Below are positions 21,065 to 30,513 of a stretch of 64,000 nt of DNA, in pieces; position 1 is the first letter of the stretch; every line of letters starts with the position of its first letter. Source of the stretch: Bryobacteraceae bacterium (GTDB lineage Bacteria > Acidobacteriota > Terriglobia > Bryobacterales > Bryobacteraceae). The stretch is taken from contig DASZVV010000251.1 in the NCBI GenBank assembly GCA_035546955.1, positions 18,353 through 82,352 of the forward strand. Direction: 5' to 3'. The position numbers and the translations under genes are program-made. The notes under the pieces are model-generated. The model had not been told where the DNA came from and did not search any database. It saw nothing but the letters and a program-made list of their open reading frames with translations.

Positions 21065-21520
21065 ATGAAGTCTTTCATCCGATCCACTCTCGCGGTTTCC
21101 GCGGCAACCATTTTTTCGGCTGTGTGCTTGCTGGCCCAAGGGCCCGGCGCCGGGCATTTCGGCCGCGGGGGCAACCATTTTCTCGCCACTGCGCTGGATA
21201 TGACGGATGCCCAGCAAGCTCAGATGAAGACGATCCGGGCCAATGAGCGCGCGGCATCGAAGCCGATCATGCAGCAACTGAGGACGCAGCGCGAGGCAGT
21301 GGAAGCGGCGATCCAGAGCGGCCAATCGGCGGAGCAGGTTGCGGAGCTCGCCGCTCAGCAAGGCGCCCTGTTGGGCCAACTCGAAGGAATTCGAGCCTCG
21401 GCGCGGCAACAACTCTTCAGCATCCTCACGCCGGCGCAACAAAAGAAAATGCTCGCGATGCGCCCCCAACGCGGCCAGCGCGGGCAGGGCGCACCCGGCG
21501 GTCCGCCCGCGACGGAATAA
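21065..21520 (+). CDS. Spy/CpxP-family periplasmic protein (LTxxQ motifs)
   Basis: Signal peptide MKSFIRSTLAVSAATIFSAVCLLAQG, then MTDAQQAQMKTI and LTPAQQKKM LTxxQ-type motifs. AGGAG at 21052-21056 favours the ATG at 21065 over 21059 or 21023. Confidence 0.8.
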   Translation: MKSFIRSTLAVSAATIFSAVCLLAQGPGAGHFGRGGNHFLATALDMTDAQQAQMKTIRANERAASKPIMQQLRTQREAVEAAIQSGQSAEQVAELAAQQGALLGQLEGIRASARQQLFSILTPAQQKKMLAMRPQRGQRGQGAPGGPPATE

Positions 21521-21545
21521 ACTCCCAACAATTCTCTCCGGTAAT

Positions 21546-21587
21546 CGGCCGCCCGGGATTTCCCAGGCGGCCGTCCTTTTGTCCTTT
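21546..21587 (+). terminator. Intrinsic terminator after the Spy/CpxP-like gene
   Basis: CGGCCGCC (21546-21553) pairs with GGCGGCCG (21566-21573), followed by the T-rich tract TCCTTTTGTCCTTT. Confidence 0.6.
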
Positions 21588-21606
21588 GCGATAGCATGAA
21601 CGGGAT

Positions 21607-21957
21607 ATGAAGCAATATTCCTGGGATGAGCTTCCCCTCGACGCGCTCAGCAGCACCATATCCCGAAAGATGATCACCGGCGAACGGGCAATGGTCGCTC
21701 AGTTGTTTATCAAGAAGGGCGGGATCGTGCCCCTGCACCATCACGAGAATGAACAAATCTCCTACATCCTCGAAGGCTCGCTCGAGTTCGAACTGGGCGG
21801 CGAGAAGGTGGTTCTGAACAAGGGCGGCGTTCTGGTGATTCCCTCCAACCTCCCTCACCGGGTGGTAGCGCTCGAAGACACGGTCGATATCGACATTTTC
21901 ACCCCTCCGCGCCAGGACTGGCTTTCCGGGGACGACGCCTACCTGCGGGGAAAATAA
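21607..21957 (+). CDS. Cupin domain protein
   Basis: A small beta-barrel pattern with PLHHHENEQISYILEG...VLVIPSNLPH (cupin motifs 1 and 2). Confidence 0.8.
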   Translation: MKQYSWDELPLDALSSTISRKMITGERAMVAQLFIKKGGIVPLHHHENEQISYILEGSLEFELGGEKVVLNKGGVLVIPSNLPHRVVALEDTVDIDIFTPPRQDWLSGDDAYLRGK

Positions 21958-22018
21958 CTCCCAACTTTTGGGGAACCTGCAGCCGGAACGGCCGTATTCC
22001 TCTAGGGGGGGCCTGTTC

Positions 22019-24490
22019 ATGGGAGCGTTGCGGATTCAGCTCAATCCAGTGTTTCGCCGGCTGCGGCGATCGCCGCTATTTACAGCCGTGGCGCTCATCA
22101 CGCTGGCTGTCGGAATTGGCGCAAACACGGCCATTTTCAGCATTGTCAACGCCGTATTGCTGAACCCCCTGCCGTATCCGGACGCCAACCGGCTTATCGG
22201 CATTTGGGAGACCGCCCCCGGTCTCGGACTTCACGAAGACTTGAACACCTCGCCCTCCGCGTATTTCACATTTCGGGAGGAAGGCCGGTCGTTTGAAGAC
22301 CTCGGAATCTGGCAGGGCGATGCGGTAAGCGTTACGGGCATTGGCGAGCCGGAACATGTTCCGGCCGTGAACGTGACCGATGGCGTGCTCCCGGCTCTGG
22401 GGGTGACGCCGCTCCGGGGCCGCTGGTTTACGCGCAAAGACGACTCAGCGGGCAGCCCGGGAACCATATTGCTGAGCTACCCTTACTGGCAGCGGCGCTT
22501 CGGCGGCGATCCGGGTATTTTGGGGAAACGGCTGGTGATCGACGGGCAGGCCCGGGAAATCATCGGCGTCATGCCAAAGGATTTCCGTTTTCTCAACCGG
22601 AAGCCGGACATCATCATTCCAATGCAGCTCGATCGCGGGAAGGCATTTGTCGGCGACTTCAGCTACCAGGCGGTTGCGCGGCTGAAGCCTGGCGTATCGC
22701 TGGCGCAGGCAAGCGCCGACGTGGGGCGGATGCTTCCCATGATGCTCGACAAGTTTCCGATGGCCCCGGGAATCAGCATCGAGATGTTCAAGCAGGCGAA
22801 GTTCGGTCCGAGCATCCATCCGTTGAAACAGGATGTGGTGGGCGATGTGGGCAAAGTGCTCTGGATTCTGATGGCGACCGTGGGGATTGTTCTTTTCATC
22901 GCCTGCGCGAATGTCGCGAATCTGCTTTTGGTGAGAGCGGAAGGACGGCAGCAGGAACTGGCGATTCGCGCCGCGCTGGGCGCGGGTTGGCGGCAAATCG
23001 CTCGTGAGTTAATGCTCGAAAGCGTGACGCTAGGAGTTCTCGGCGGGGCGCTCGGGCTGGCGCTGGCCTATGCCGCGCTGCGCGCGCTCGTCGCGATCGG
23101 ACCGGCCGATCTTCCGCGCCTGGACGAAATTTCGATCGATCCGGCGGTGCTTGGGTTCACGCTGGCCGTATCCCTGGCGGCGGGCTTTCTATTCGGATTG
23201 ATTCCGGTGCTGAAGTATGCCGGCCCGCACCTGGCAACTACGCTTCGGGAAGGTGGGCGTAGCCTGAGCGAAGGCCGCGAGCGGCATCGCGCCCGGAGCG
23301 CGCTGGTGATTATTCAGGTCGCGCTCGCGCTGGTCCTGCTGATCAGTTCGGGATTGATGATCCGGACTTTGCGAGCGCTGCGCGAGGTGAAACCCGGGTT
23401 CAGCTCCCCACAAACGCTGCTCACCCTGCGGCTCTATATTCCCGAATCTCAGGTTAAAGATCCCATCGCGGTGGTGCGGATGGACGAGGCGATTCGCGAT
23501 AAGATCGCCGGATTGCCCGGCGTGAGGGCGGTCTCCATTTCCAACTCCGTTCCGATGGATGGGGCAAATGAGAACGACCCGGTATTTCCGGAAGACCGCC
23601 CCTATGCGGCGAACCAACTGCCTCCTCTGCGCAGGTACAAATATGTGACTCCCGGATACTTTCACACGCTAGGTATTCCGCTGCTTGCCGGGCGCGACAT
23701 GAGCTGGACTGATATTTATGAGAAAAGGCCGGTAGTCCTGGTGTCCGAGAGTCTCGCGCGCGAATACTGGCGAAGTCCCGGAGGGGCGTTGGGGAAGCGG
23801 GTGCGGGAGACCGGCACCGGGACGTGGCGGGAAATTATCGGCGTAACCGGCGATGTTCGCGACAATGGCGCGGACCAGAAGGCGCCGCCGATGATTTATT
23901 GGCCGGTGCTGGTGACCGGTTTCTGGGGACAGCCGGTGCAGTTGCAGCGGTCGGTGGCCTTTGCGATTCGTAGCGACCGGACGGGGTCGGCTGGATTTCT
24001 CAACGAAGTGCGGAAAGCAATCTGGTCTGTGAATTCGAATCTACCGCTTGCGGATGTGCAGACGCAGCAGGAGATCTTCTCGCATTCGATGGCCCGGACG
24101 GCGTTCACGCTGGTGATGCTGGCGATCGCCGGCGGCATGGCCCTGCTGCTGGGTTTGGTGGGGATCTACGGCGTGATTTCGTATTCGGTTTCGCAGCGCA
24201 CCCGCGAAATCGGGATTCGAATGGCGCTGGGCGCTCAGCATCGGTCGGTGCAGCGGATGTTCGTGAAGCACGGCCTGACGCTGACGCTGACCGGCGTGGG
24301 GATTGGACTCATTGCGGCGGTGGGGCTGATGCGTCTGCTGAAGTCGCTTCTATTTGAGGTGAGCCCGGTCGATCCGTTGACGTACATCGCAGTGCCGGTG
24401 GTGCTGGCGCTGGCGGCGCTGCTCGCGAGCTATCTGCCGGCGAGGAAGGCGACGACCATCGATCCGGTGGACGCGCTGCGCGCCGAATAG
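22019..24490 (+). CDS. Second duplicated MacB/FtsX-type orphan permease (paralogue of 15747-18446)
   Basis: Same architecture and hallmark strings (LRRSPLFTAVALITLAVGIGANTAIFS; REIGIRMALGA...DPVDALRAE). I chose the ATG at 22019 (G-rich Shine-Dalgarno 7 nt upstream). No PadR gene or ATPase gene is adjacent. Confidence 0.9.
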   Translation: MGALRIQLNPVFRRLRRSPLFTAVALITLAVGIGANTAIFSIVNAVLLNPLPYPDANRLIGIWETAPGLGLHEDLNTSPSAYFTFREEGRSFEDLGIWQGDAVSVTGIGEPEHVPAVNVTDGVLPALGVTPLRGRWFTRKDDSAGSPGTILLSYPYWQRRFGGDPGILGKRLVIDGQAREIIGVMPKDFRFLNRKPDIIIPMQLDRGKAFVGDFSYQAVARLKPGVSLAQASADVGRMLPMMLDKFPMAPGISIEMFKQAKFGPSIHPLKQDVVGDVGKVLWILMATVGIVLFIACANVANLLLVRAEGRQQELAIRAALGAGWRQIARELMLESVTLGVLGGALGLALAYAALRALVAIGPADLPRLDEISIDPAVLGFTLAVSLAAGFLFGLIPVLKYAGPHLATTLREGGRSLSEGRERHRARSALVIIQVALALVLLISSGLMIRTLRALREVKPGFSSPQTLLTLRLYIPESQVKDPIAVVRMDEAIRDKIAGLPGVRAVSISNSVPMDGANENDPVFPEDRPYAANQLPPLRRYKYVTPGYFHTLGIPLLAGRDMSWTDIYEKRPVVLVSESLAREYWRSPGGALGKRVRETGTGTWREIIGVTGDVRDNGADQKAPPMIYWPVLVTGFWGQPVQLQRSVAFAIRSDRTGSAGFLNEVRKAIWSVNSNLPLADVQTQQEIFSHSMARTAFTLVMLAIAGGMALLLGLVGIYGVISYSVSQRTREIGIRMALGAQHRSVQRMFVKHGLTLTLTGVGIGLIAAVGLMRLLKSLLFEVSPVDPLTYIAVPVVLALAALLASYLPARKATTIDPVDALRAE

Positions 24491-24649
24491 CCGGGAGCGG
24501 GAGCCACGAATTTCCCGGGCGGGATTCCGGTGTCGTAAACGACACTGGTTGCCCAGTGGAGCACCGCCGCGATCCGCCGCGGCTACCGGGTGGCCGACGG
24601 CATCCGAAAGCTCCAAAAAGCGCAATGGGGATAAGATAGGGGCAAAGTG

Positions 24650-26014
24650 ATGCGATCCTCAGTTTTGTTCCTGTTCGTGACCTTTTCCGCATTCACCGTG
24701 TGGGGTGGAAGCGTCGCGGAGAAGCGGGTCACGTTCAATAAAGACATTGCGCCGATTTTCTTTTCCCATTGCACTCAGTGCCACCGGCCCGGCGATATCG
24801 CGCCGATGTCCCTGATGACCTACAAAGAGGCGAGGCCATGGGCGGCCGCTGTTCGTGAAGCGGTACTCAAGCGGAAGATGCCGCCATGGCACGCGGATCC
24901 CCATGCCGGCGAATTTTTGAACGATCCGCGTCTCACGAATGCGCAAATTGAGGCGATCGACGCATGGGCCAAGTCCGGCGCGCCGGAAGGCGATCCGGCC
25001 GATCTGCCGCCGGCTCCGCAATACACGGAAGGCTGGCACATCCACCCCGACTTGATTCTTTCTATTCCGGAAACTAAGGTCGCCGCAGCGGAACAGGACG
25101 AGTACGACTATATCTATGTGCCCACGAACTTCAAGGACGATATGTGGGTACAGGCCGCGGAGGTGATGCCGGGCGACCGGCGCGTCGTGCACCACGCTAC
25201 GGTGAGCGTTGTGACCGCGGAGACCGCCGAGCGGGCGCGCAACCGCAAACGCAACGGAGACAAATATCGCTATCAAACCGGCAAGGTGTCCCACCTGCGG
25301 CCCGAGGTCCCGGTGCTCGACGATGGATGCTCGTCCCCGGACGGCGGCGCGCTGCCGGGTGAAACCAACATCCGCCCGGGGCGCGTGCCCGCCATCTATC
25401 TTCCCGGACATCTGGCCGAAACCCGTCCCGAGGGATATGCCTTGCGCATCCCCGCCGGATCGTATTTGCAATTTCAGATTCATTACCATAACCGGCTCGG
25501 CAAGGATACTACCGATCGGACAAGCATCGGACTCACCTTCGCCAAGGAACCGGTGAAATATGAAGTTCAGCAGTACGAGATTTGGAACAACATGTTTCTG
25601 ATTCCCGCCAACGACAGCAATCACCGCGTGACGTCCTGCTTCACGCTGCCGCAGGACGTGACCGCCGTGGCCTACACCGCGCACATGCACTTTCGCGGCA
25701 AGAGCATGAAGACGGAAGCCATCTACCCGGACGGGCACACTCAACTGCTGTTCTCCGTGCCACATTACAGCTTCAACTGGCAGGAGACTTATTTCCTGAA
25801 GAACCAGTTTGTTCTTCCCAAGGGTACCCGGCTGGTCACCGAGGCATATTTCGACAACTCGGCGAATAACCCTCTGAATCCGGACCCTTCGCGGGATATC
25901 CGCTGGGGTGAGCCGAGCGGAGAAGAGATGATGGGTTTCTGGCTTGCCTTCGCCCGTCCCGTCGAACCTACCGGCGTCCAAACAGCCACGCCAGCAGCGA
26001 TAGCACAACGCTGA
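24650..26014 (+). CDS. Secreted protein with an N-terminal CxxCH heme-c motif fused to a copper type II (PHM/DBH-like) monooxygenase-like region
   Basis: A signal-like N-terminus is followed by FNKDIAPIFFSHCTQCH (CTQCH at 24770-24784) and RKMPPWHADP. His/Met ligand-like strings come next: VVHHATV, QIHYHN and AHMHFRGKSM. The start could be GTG 24647 or ATG 24650. Confidence 0.75.
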   Translation: MRSSVLFLFVTFSAFTVWGGSVAEKRVTFNKDIAPIFFSHCTQCHRPGDIAPMSLMTYKEARPWAAAVREAVLKRKMPPWHADPHAGEFLNDPRLTNAQIEAIDAWAKSGAPEGDPADLPPAPQYTEGWHIHPDLILSIPETKVAAAEQDEYDYIYVPTNFKDDMWVQAAEVMPGDRRVVHHATVSVVTAETAERARNRKRNGDKYRYQTGKVSHLRPEVPVLDDGCSSPDGGALPGETNIRPGRVPAIYLPGHLAETRPEGYALRIPAGSYLQFQIHYHNRLGKDTTDRTSIGLTFAKEPVKYEVQQYEIWNNMFLIPANDSNHRVTSCFTLPQDVTAVAYTAHMHFRGKSMKTEAIYPDGHTQLLFSVPHYSFNWQETYFLKNQFVLPKGTRLVTEAYFDNSANNPLNPDPSRDIRWGEPSGEEMMGFWLAFARPVEPTGVQTATPAAIAQR

Positions 26015-26183
26015 CGATCAGACACGTCACGACGGGAAAGTAGAACGTCGAATTTCTCCGGCGGATCACGATGTCGCCGGGCAGGCGGCCAAGCGGGAAC
26101 GGCAGGCGTCCGCTGAAGGTAATCAGAACGCCTGCCGCCACAAGAATCAATCCGAGAACAATGAGCGCGCGCCCGAGGCTCAT
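25968..26183 (-). CDS. DUF2905 small membrane protein
   Basis: A 71-aa protein with two TM segments and the characteristic GRLPGDIVIRRRNSTFYFPV core. It overlaps the 3' end of the convergent upstream gene. Confidence 0.75.
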   Translation of the reverse strand: MSLGRALIVLGLILVAAGVLITFSGRLPFPLGRLPGDIVIRRRNSTFYFPVVTCLIVSVVLSLLAWLFGRR

Positions 26184-26187
26184 TCTG

Positions 26188-27432
26188 TCAAATAGAGAAG
26201 GTTCGTCCGCGATGCTGCCCGATGAGAATCTGAACCATGCGGTGCGCGATCAATTCGTGAAGCGTGAGCAGTTCGCGATTCGCCGCCGCGACTGCCGCCG
26301 CGTCGTGAGGATCGGAAACCGCGCCGCCGCCCGCCCGCAGCGCCGCATTGGCCTCCGTGATTACCGGATCGGAGCTGACCTCACCGGCCATTTCCCAAAG
26401 CGTGATGAAACGGTCCACCGCGGTCGGAAAGCTGACGGCGAAGACGCCGTGGTTGCTGGTGGTGCGGGGCGGTTTGTAGTCGAGATTGAACGGGCCGTTG
26501 TAGCCGTGGCTGCGCAGCAGCACCAGCACATTCAGCCAGTCGAGCGGATTCACCAGAGCCACGGCGATGTCCACGTCGTGCTTCAGGCGATAGCCGTCGT
26601 TGATGTCGAAGTGCCAGAGTTTGCCGGCCAGAATCGCCCTGGCGAGCGCCGCTCGCGGAGCCGTTCCCCACATCAATTCGTGCAGATATTCGGGATTCAG
26701 ACCCACCATCTCCGGGTGTTCCAGCACTCCCGAATTGATGAATGCAATCATGGCGTCGCTGGTGGGCAGGAGAATTTCCGCTTGGGGCTCGAACGGTTTG
26801 GCTTCGAGGCAATGCTTCAGCGTTGGCCGGCCAAGCTGCTTGGCGACTTTGATGTCCTCACGGCAGGCGGCGTTCAAGCCGTCCGCGTACCAGCGGAGCG
26901 TGTCTGTTTCTTCCACCGCTCCCTGGGTGTAATAGCCCAGCGATCCGGGCCAGTACACGCAATACTTCGCTCCCAGCTCATGGCCGATGCGAACGGTATT
27001 CTCCAGACGCCATGCGGCGTACTCGCGGACTTCGAGCGATTCGGCCGCTGGGCTGGCCGCCCATACCGCATGGTGAAAGGTCTCGGTCGTCACCATCGAG
27101 CACTCGAGCCCGTTCGCCGAAAGCGATTTCCGAATGCGCGCGACGATCTCGGCCTGCCGGTCCTTACCGAGAGCCTCGGTGGGAATCACGTCCGTGTCGT
27201 GAGTGCACCAGTGGCCGATGCCGATTTCGGCGTAGCGGCGCATCACCTCTTCGAACGCCACCGGCTGGCGGGTAGGCGCGTGAAACAGCGCCTGCCCCTC
27301 GTAGGAGGCCGCCCACTGCGGACCCGTAATGAAATACTTTCGCCGGGTCTCGGGGGAATAAGCGCCGCCACAGGCCTGCATCAGGCGCTCGACTAGGGAT
27401 TGTTGTTGTCCGGGGGGAACTGGTTTCATCAT
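26188..27432 (-). CDS. Xylose-isomerase-family (TIM barrel) sugar isomerase, divergent
   Basis: WCTHDTDVIP, CLEAKPFEP, LNPEYLHEL and HFDINDG resemble XylA-family metal and active-site blocks. I chose the ATG at 27432 (MMKPV...) because the longer track ORF (to 27684) overlaps the YkgJ-like gene. Confidence 0.7.
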   Translation of the reverse strand: MMKPVPPGQQQSLVERLMQACGGAYSPETRRKYFITGPQWAASYEGQALFHAPTRQPVAFEEVMRRYAEIGIGHWCTHDTDVIPTEALGKDRQAEIVARIRKSLSANGLECSMVTTETFHHAVWAASPAAESLEVREYAAWRLENTVRIGHELGAKYCVYWPGSLGYYTQGAVEETDTLRWYADGLNAACREDIKVAKQLGRPTLKHCLEAKPFEPQAEILLPTSDAMIAFINSGVLEHPEMVGLNPEYLHELMWGTAPRAALARAILAGKLWHFDINDGYRLKHDVDIAVALVNPLDWLNVLVLLRSHGYNGPFNLDYKPPRTTSNHGVFAVSFPTAVDRFITLWEMAGEVSSDPVITEANAALRAGGGAVSDPHDAAAVAAANRELLTLHELIAHRMVQILIGQHRGRTFSI

Positions 27433-27459
27433 CGTGATTATCCGATATGCTGGAGTCCT

Positions 27460-27867
27460 ATGGATGGCCTGCGCTTTACCTGCGTACGCGGTTGCACACG
27501 CTGCTGTGAGCGCGATGGGTTCATCTACCTCACCGAAGAAGATACCACGCGCATTGCCGCATTCCAGGGAATGAGCCAGCCGGAGTTCGAAGCCAGGCAC
27601 GTTTACCGAACCCGGCGCATGCGGCGCTTGCGCATGAAGGGCGGCAAGTGCCCGTTTCTCCTCGCCGATGGTTGTTCCATACACGCCGTCAAGCCAACCC
27701 AGTGCCGCCTGTTTCCGTTCTGGCCGGAATTGGTGGAGGATCGCAAGGAATGGGCTCGCGCCGGACGGTATTGCCCCGGAATCGGAACCGGAAAGCTGAT
27801 CCAGATCGGCACGGCGGTGGAGCGCGCCGCCGAAATGAAGACCGCGTATCCGTCCATGTATGAGTAA
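27460..27867 (+). CDS. YkgJ-family Cys-cluster (CxxCxxCC) protein
   Basis: FTCVRGCTRCCERDGFIYLTEED and KCPFL...GCSIH...KPTQCRLFPF. The ATG at 27460 has GGAG upstream. Confidence 0.8.
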   Translation: MDGLRFTCVRGCTRCCERDGFIYLTEEDTTRIAAFQGMSQPEFEARHVYRTRRMRRLRMKGGKCPFLLADGCSIHAVKPTQCRLFPFWPELVEDRKEWARAGRYCPGIGTGKLIQIGTAVERAAEMKTAYPSMYE

Positions 27868-27873
27868 AGTTCG

Positions 27874-30510
27874 ATGACCAGCCGGATTTCACGGGTGCTG
27901 GTTCTCTGCGCCCTATGCCTGCCCGCCGGGGCGGGGAACGCTCCACCGAAACTGCGTTTGCCGGACAACATCCGCCCGGTCCGCTATACTGCCGACCTGC
28001 GGATAACCCCGGGCGAGGATCGTTTTCGCGGCCGCATTGAAATTGATTTAGACATCCGAGAGGCGACGCCGGTCCTTTGGCTGCACGCCAAGGCCCTCCA
28101 ATTCGAGAAGGCGGCCATCCGCGACGCTAAGAGCGAGCGCCCCGTGCGCATCGAATTGGGCGCTAATGATTTTACGGCCGTCACGGTGGAAGGAGGCTTC
28201 ACGCCCGGTCCCGCTGTACTGGATATTCGCTATTCCGGCGAAATCAGCCGTAAGCTCACCGATGGAGCGTTCCAGCAGCGGGAGGGAAACGATTGGTATG
28301 TCTTTACCAAGTTCGAGCCCGTCACGGCGCGCCGGGTTTTTCCGTGCTTCGATGAGCCATCCTTCAAAGTGCCGTGGCGCCTGACGCTGCATTTCCCGGA
28401 CGGGCTACGCGCTTTTTCGAACACGCCGCCGGTTTCCGAGGAGCGGGAATCCGGCTGGCGAGCCGTGCGGTTTGCCGAGACCAGGCCGCTGCCTACCTAC
28501 CTGGTAGCGTTCGCCGTGGGGCCGTTCGACGTGGTGGAGACTAAGCCGGTGGGGATCAATCATATTCCCAGCCGCATCGTTGTTCCCAAGGGCCGGAGCA
28601 GGGAAGCCGAGTACGCCGCCTCGGTGACGCCCGAGTTCATCGCTCTGCTCGAAAGCTATTTCGGAACCCCTTATCCGTACGAAAAGCTCGATCAGATTGT
28701 CGTGCCTGTGACGACCGCGTGGGGCGCGATGGAGAACGCTGGTCTGATCGCCTACGGACAATTTCTTCTGAACCGGCCGGAGACGGATACCGGCCTGCGC
28801 AAACAGAAAGCCAGCGGAACCATGTTGCATGAGTTGTCTCATCAATGGTTCGGTGATTTGGTGACCACGGCGTGGTGGGACGACATCTGGCTGAATGAAG
28901 GCTTCGCAAGCTGGCTTTCGGCCAAGCTGATAAAGCAATGGAAACCGGAGTGGCAGTCCGGGCTGGCCGCCGCGGCCACCACATCCGTGCTGGAGGCGGA
29001 CAGCTTTATCGCGGCGCGCCGGGTGAGACAGCCGATTGAGGTTCCCGGTGACATCGGCAATGCGTTCGACGGCATTACCTACGGCAAAGGGTCGGCGGTG
29101 ATAGCGATGTTCGAGCACTACGCCGGCCCCGAGGCGTTCCGGAAAGCCGTGCAGCTATATTTGAAGCGCCACGCCTGGGGCAACGCCACTTCCAGCGATC
29201 TTCTGGCGGCGCTCGACGCGGTCGCCGGCGATGGGAAGGGCGAGGCGTTCGCGACATTTCTGAACCAGGGTGGGTTTCCATTGATTCGGGCCGATGTTCG
29301 ATGCGGGAGGGGCAATCCCGTTCTGCATCTGGCGCAGCAGCGCTTCCTCCCGTTGGGCTCCCAGGGGAGCGCGGAGGAAACCTGGCGCGTGCCGGTGTGC
29401 GTCAAGTGGGGAGGTCCCGGTGGAACGCGCAGCCAGTGCGTGCTGCTCTCGAAGGCGGAACAGGAGTTCGCTTTGGACGGCGCGAAAAGCTGTCCGGACT
29501 GGTTTTTTGCGGACGAGGACGCGGCTGGATACTACTCGGTGATGTACTCGAACGGATGGCAGGACCGCCTTTTCGAGAAAGCGTTCGCCGAGCTCAGCCC
29601 CGAGGAGCGGACGGCGGCGATTCGCAATTTGCAGGTCCTGTTCTTCGCCGGACTGGGCGCCGGAGAGAAGACCCTGGCGATTGCAGCGCGCCTCTCGAAG
29701 ACGGGGGAAGCGGAGAATGTCAGGCAGAGCGCCGCGCTGCTGTCATCGATCTACGACATGCTCCCGCCGGCATTCCACGCACAATTCCTCGGTTTCATGC
29801 GGGCGCATTTCGATGCACGCGCCCGGTCGCTCGGCTGGAAGCCGGATGCGCGGGATTCTCCATCCACCCTGCTCCTGCGGGATCAAATCGCGCTGTGGAT
29901 GGCGACGCGGGGAGAGGACCGGAAACTGCGCTCGCAAGCGAGCCGGCTGGCCGATGAATGGCTGAAGAATCGCGGCGGAGGCCTGGATCCGGACAGCGTC
30001 ACGCCGGTGCTGCAGGCGGCGGCGTGGGAGGGAGGGCGCCCTTTTTACGAGCGCCTGGTGGAGGCCATCCGGAAATCGAAACTACAGCGCGACCGGAAGG
30101 TCATGATCGCAGCGATTCCCTGGTTTCGGGATTCGTTCGTGATTCGCTCCGCCCTGGGGCTGTTATTTGAGCCCGGTATCGAGCCTCGGGAGTTGCAGAC
30201 GGTTCTATTTGACACCCGGGACGGCGGACGCCAGGTGGTTTGGCAATTCGTCAAAGAGAACTTCGAACGGCTGAATTCCACCCTGCCTGGAGCCCGCGGT
30301 ATTCCCTTCGGCGCAACGCTGCCCCGCGCCGCGATGGATTTCTGCGATACGGAAAGCGCGGATGACGTGGAGACGTTCTTCCGGAACAGGATCGCAAAGT
30401 TGAGCGGCGGCCGCCGGAATCTCGCCAATGTGCTGGAGCGCATCCGCGTCTGCGCGGCCCGCGCCGACGCCATGCGCCCGGCGGCGATTGCCTTTCTCCA
30501 ATCGCAATAG
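27874..30510 (+). CDS. M1-family aminopeptidase (aminopeptidase N-like), secreted
   Basis: GAMENAGLI exopeptidase motif, HELSHQWFGDLVT...WLNEGFASW zinc motif, and a signal peptide. Confidence 0.92.
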   Translation: MTSRISRVLVLCALCLPAGAGNAPPKLRLPDNIRPVRYTADLRITPGEDRFRGRIEIDLDIREATPVLWLHAKALQFEKAAIRDAKSERPVRIELGANDFTAVTVEGGFTPGPAVLDIRYSGEISRKLTDGAFQQREGNDWYVFTKFEPVTARRVFPCFDEPSFKVPWRLTLHFPDGLRAFSNTPPVSEERESGWRAVRFAETRPLPTYLVAFAVGPFDVVETKPVGINHIPSRIVVPKGRSREAEYAASVTPEFIALLESYFGTPYPYEKLDQIVVPVTTAWGAMENAGLIAYGQFLLNRPETDTGLRKQKASGTMLHELSHQWFGDLVTTAWWDDIWLNEGFASWLSAKLIKQWKPEWQSGLAAAATTSVLEADSFIAARRVRQPIEVPGDIGNAFDGITYGKGSAVIAMFEHYAGPEAFRKAVQLYLKRHAWGNATSSDLLAALDAVAGDGKGEAFATFLNQGGFPLIRADVRCGRGNPVLHLAQQRFLPLGSQGSAEETWRVPVCVKWGGPGGTRSQCVLLSKAEQEFALDGAKSCPDWFFADEDAAGYYSVMYSNGWQDRLFEKAFAELSPEERTAAIRNLQVLFFAGLGAGEKTLAIAARLSKTGEAENVRQSAALLSSIYDMLPPAFHAQFLGFMRAHFDARARSLGWKPDARDSPSTLLLRDQIALWMATRGEDRKLRSQASRLADEWLKNRGGGLDPDSVTPVLQAAAWEGGRPFYERLVEAIRKSKLQRDRKVMIAAIPWFRDSFVIRSALGLLFEPGIEPRELQTVLFDTRDGGRQVVWQFVKENFERLNSTLPGARGIPFGATLPRAAMDFCDTESADDVETFFRNRIAKLSGGRRNLANVLERIRVCAARADAMRPAAIAFLQSQ

Positions 30511-30513
30511 CCA

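Noticed and set aside
24491-24646. The 156-bp intergenic region upstream of the heme/copper-monooxygenase-like gene, examined for a riboswitch or small RNA. It contains the hairpin GTGTCG-TAAA-CGACAC at 24530-24545 and GC-rich palindromes.
   Set aside because: The hairpins are short with no T-run and no recognisable riboswitch core. This is insufficient to support a feature.
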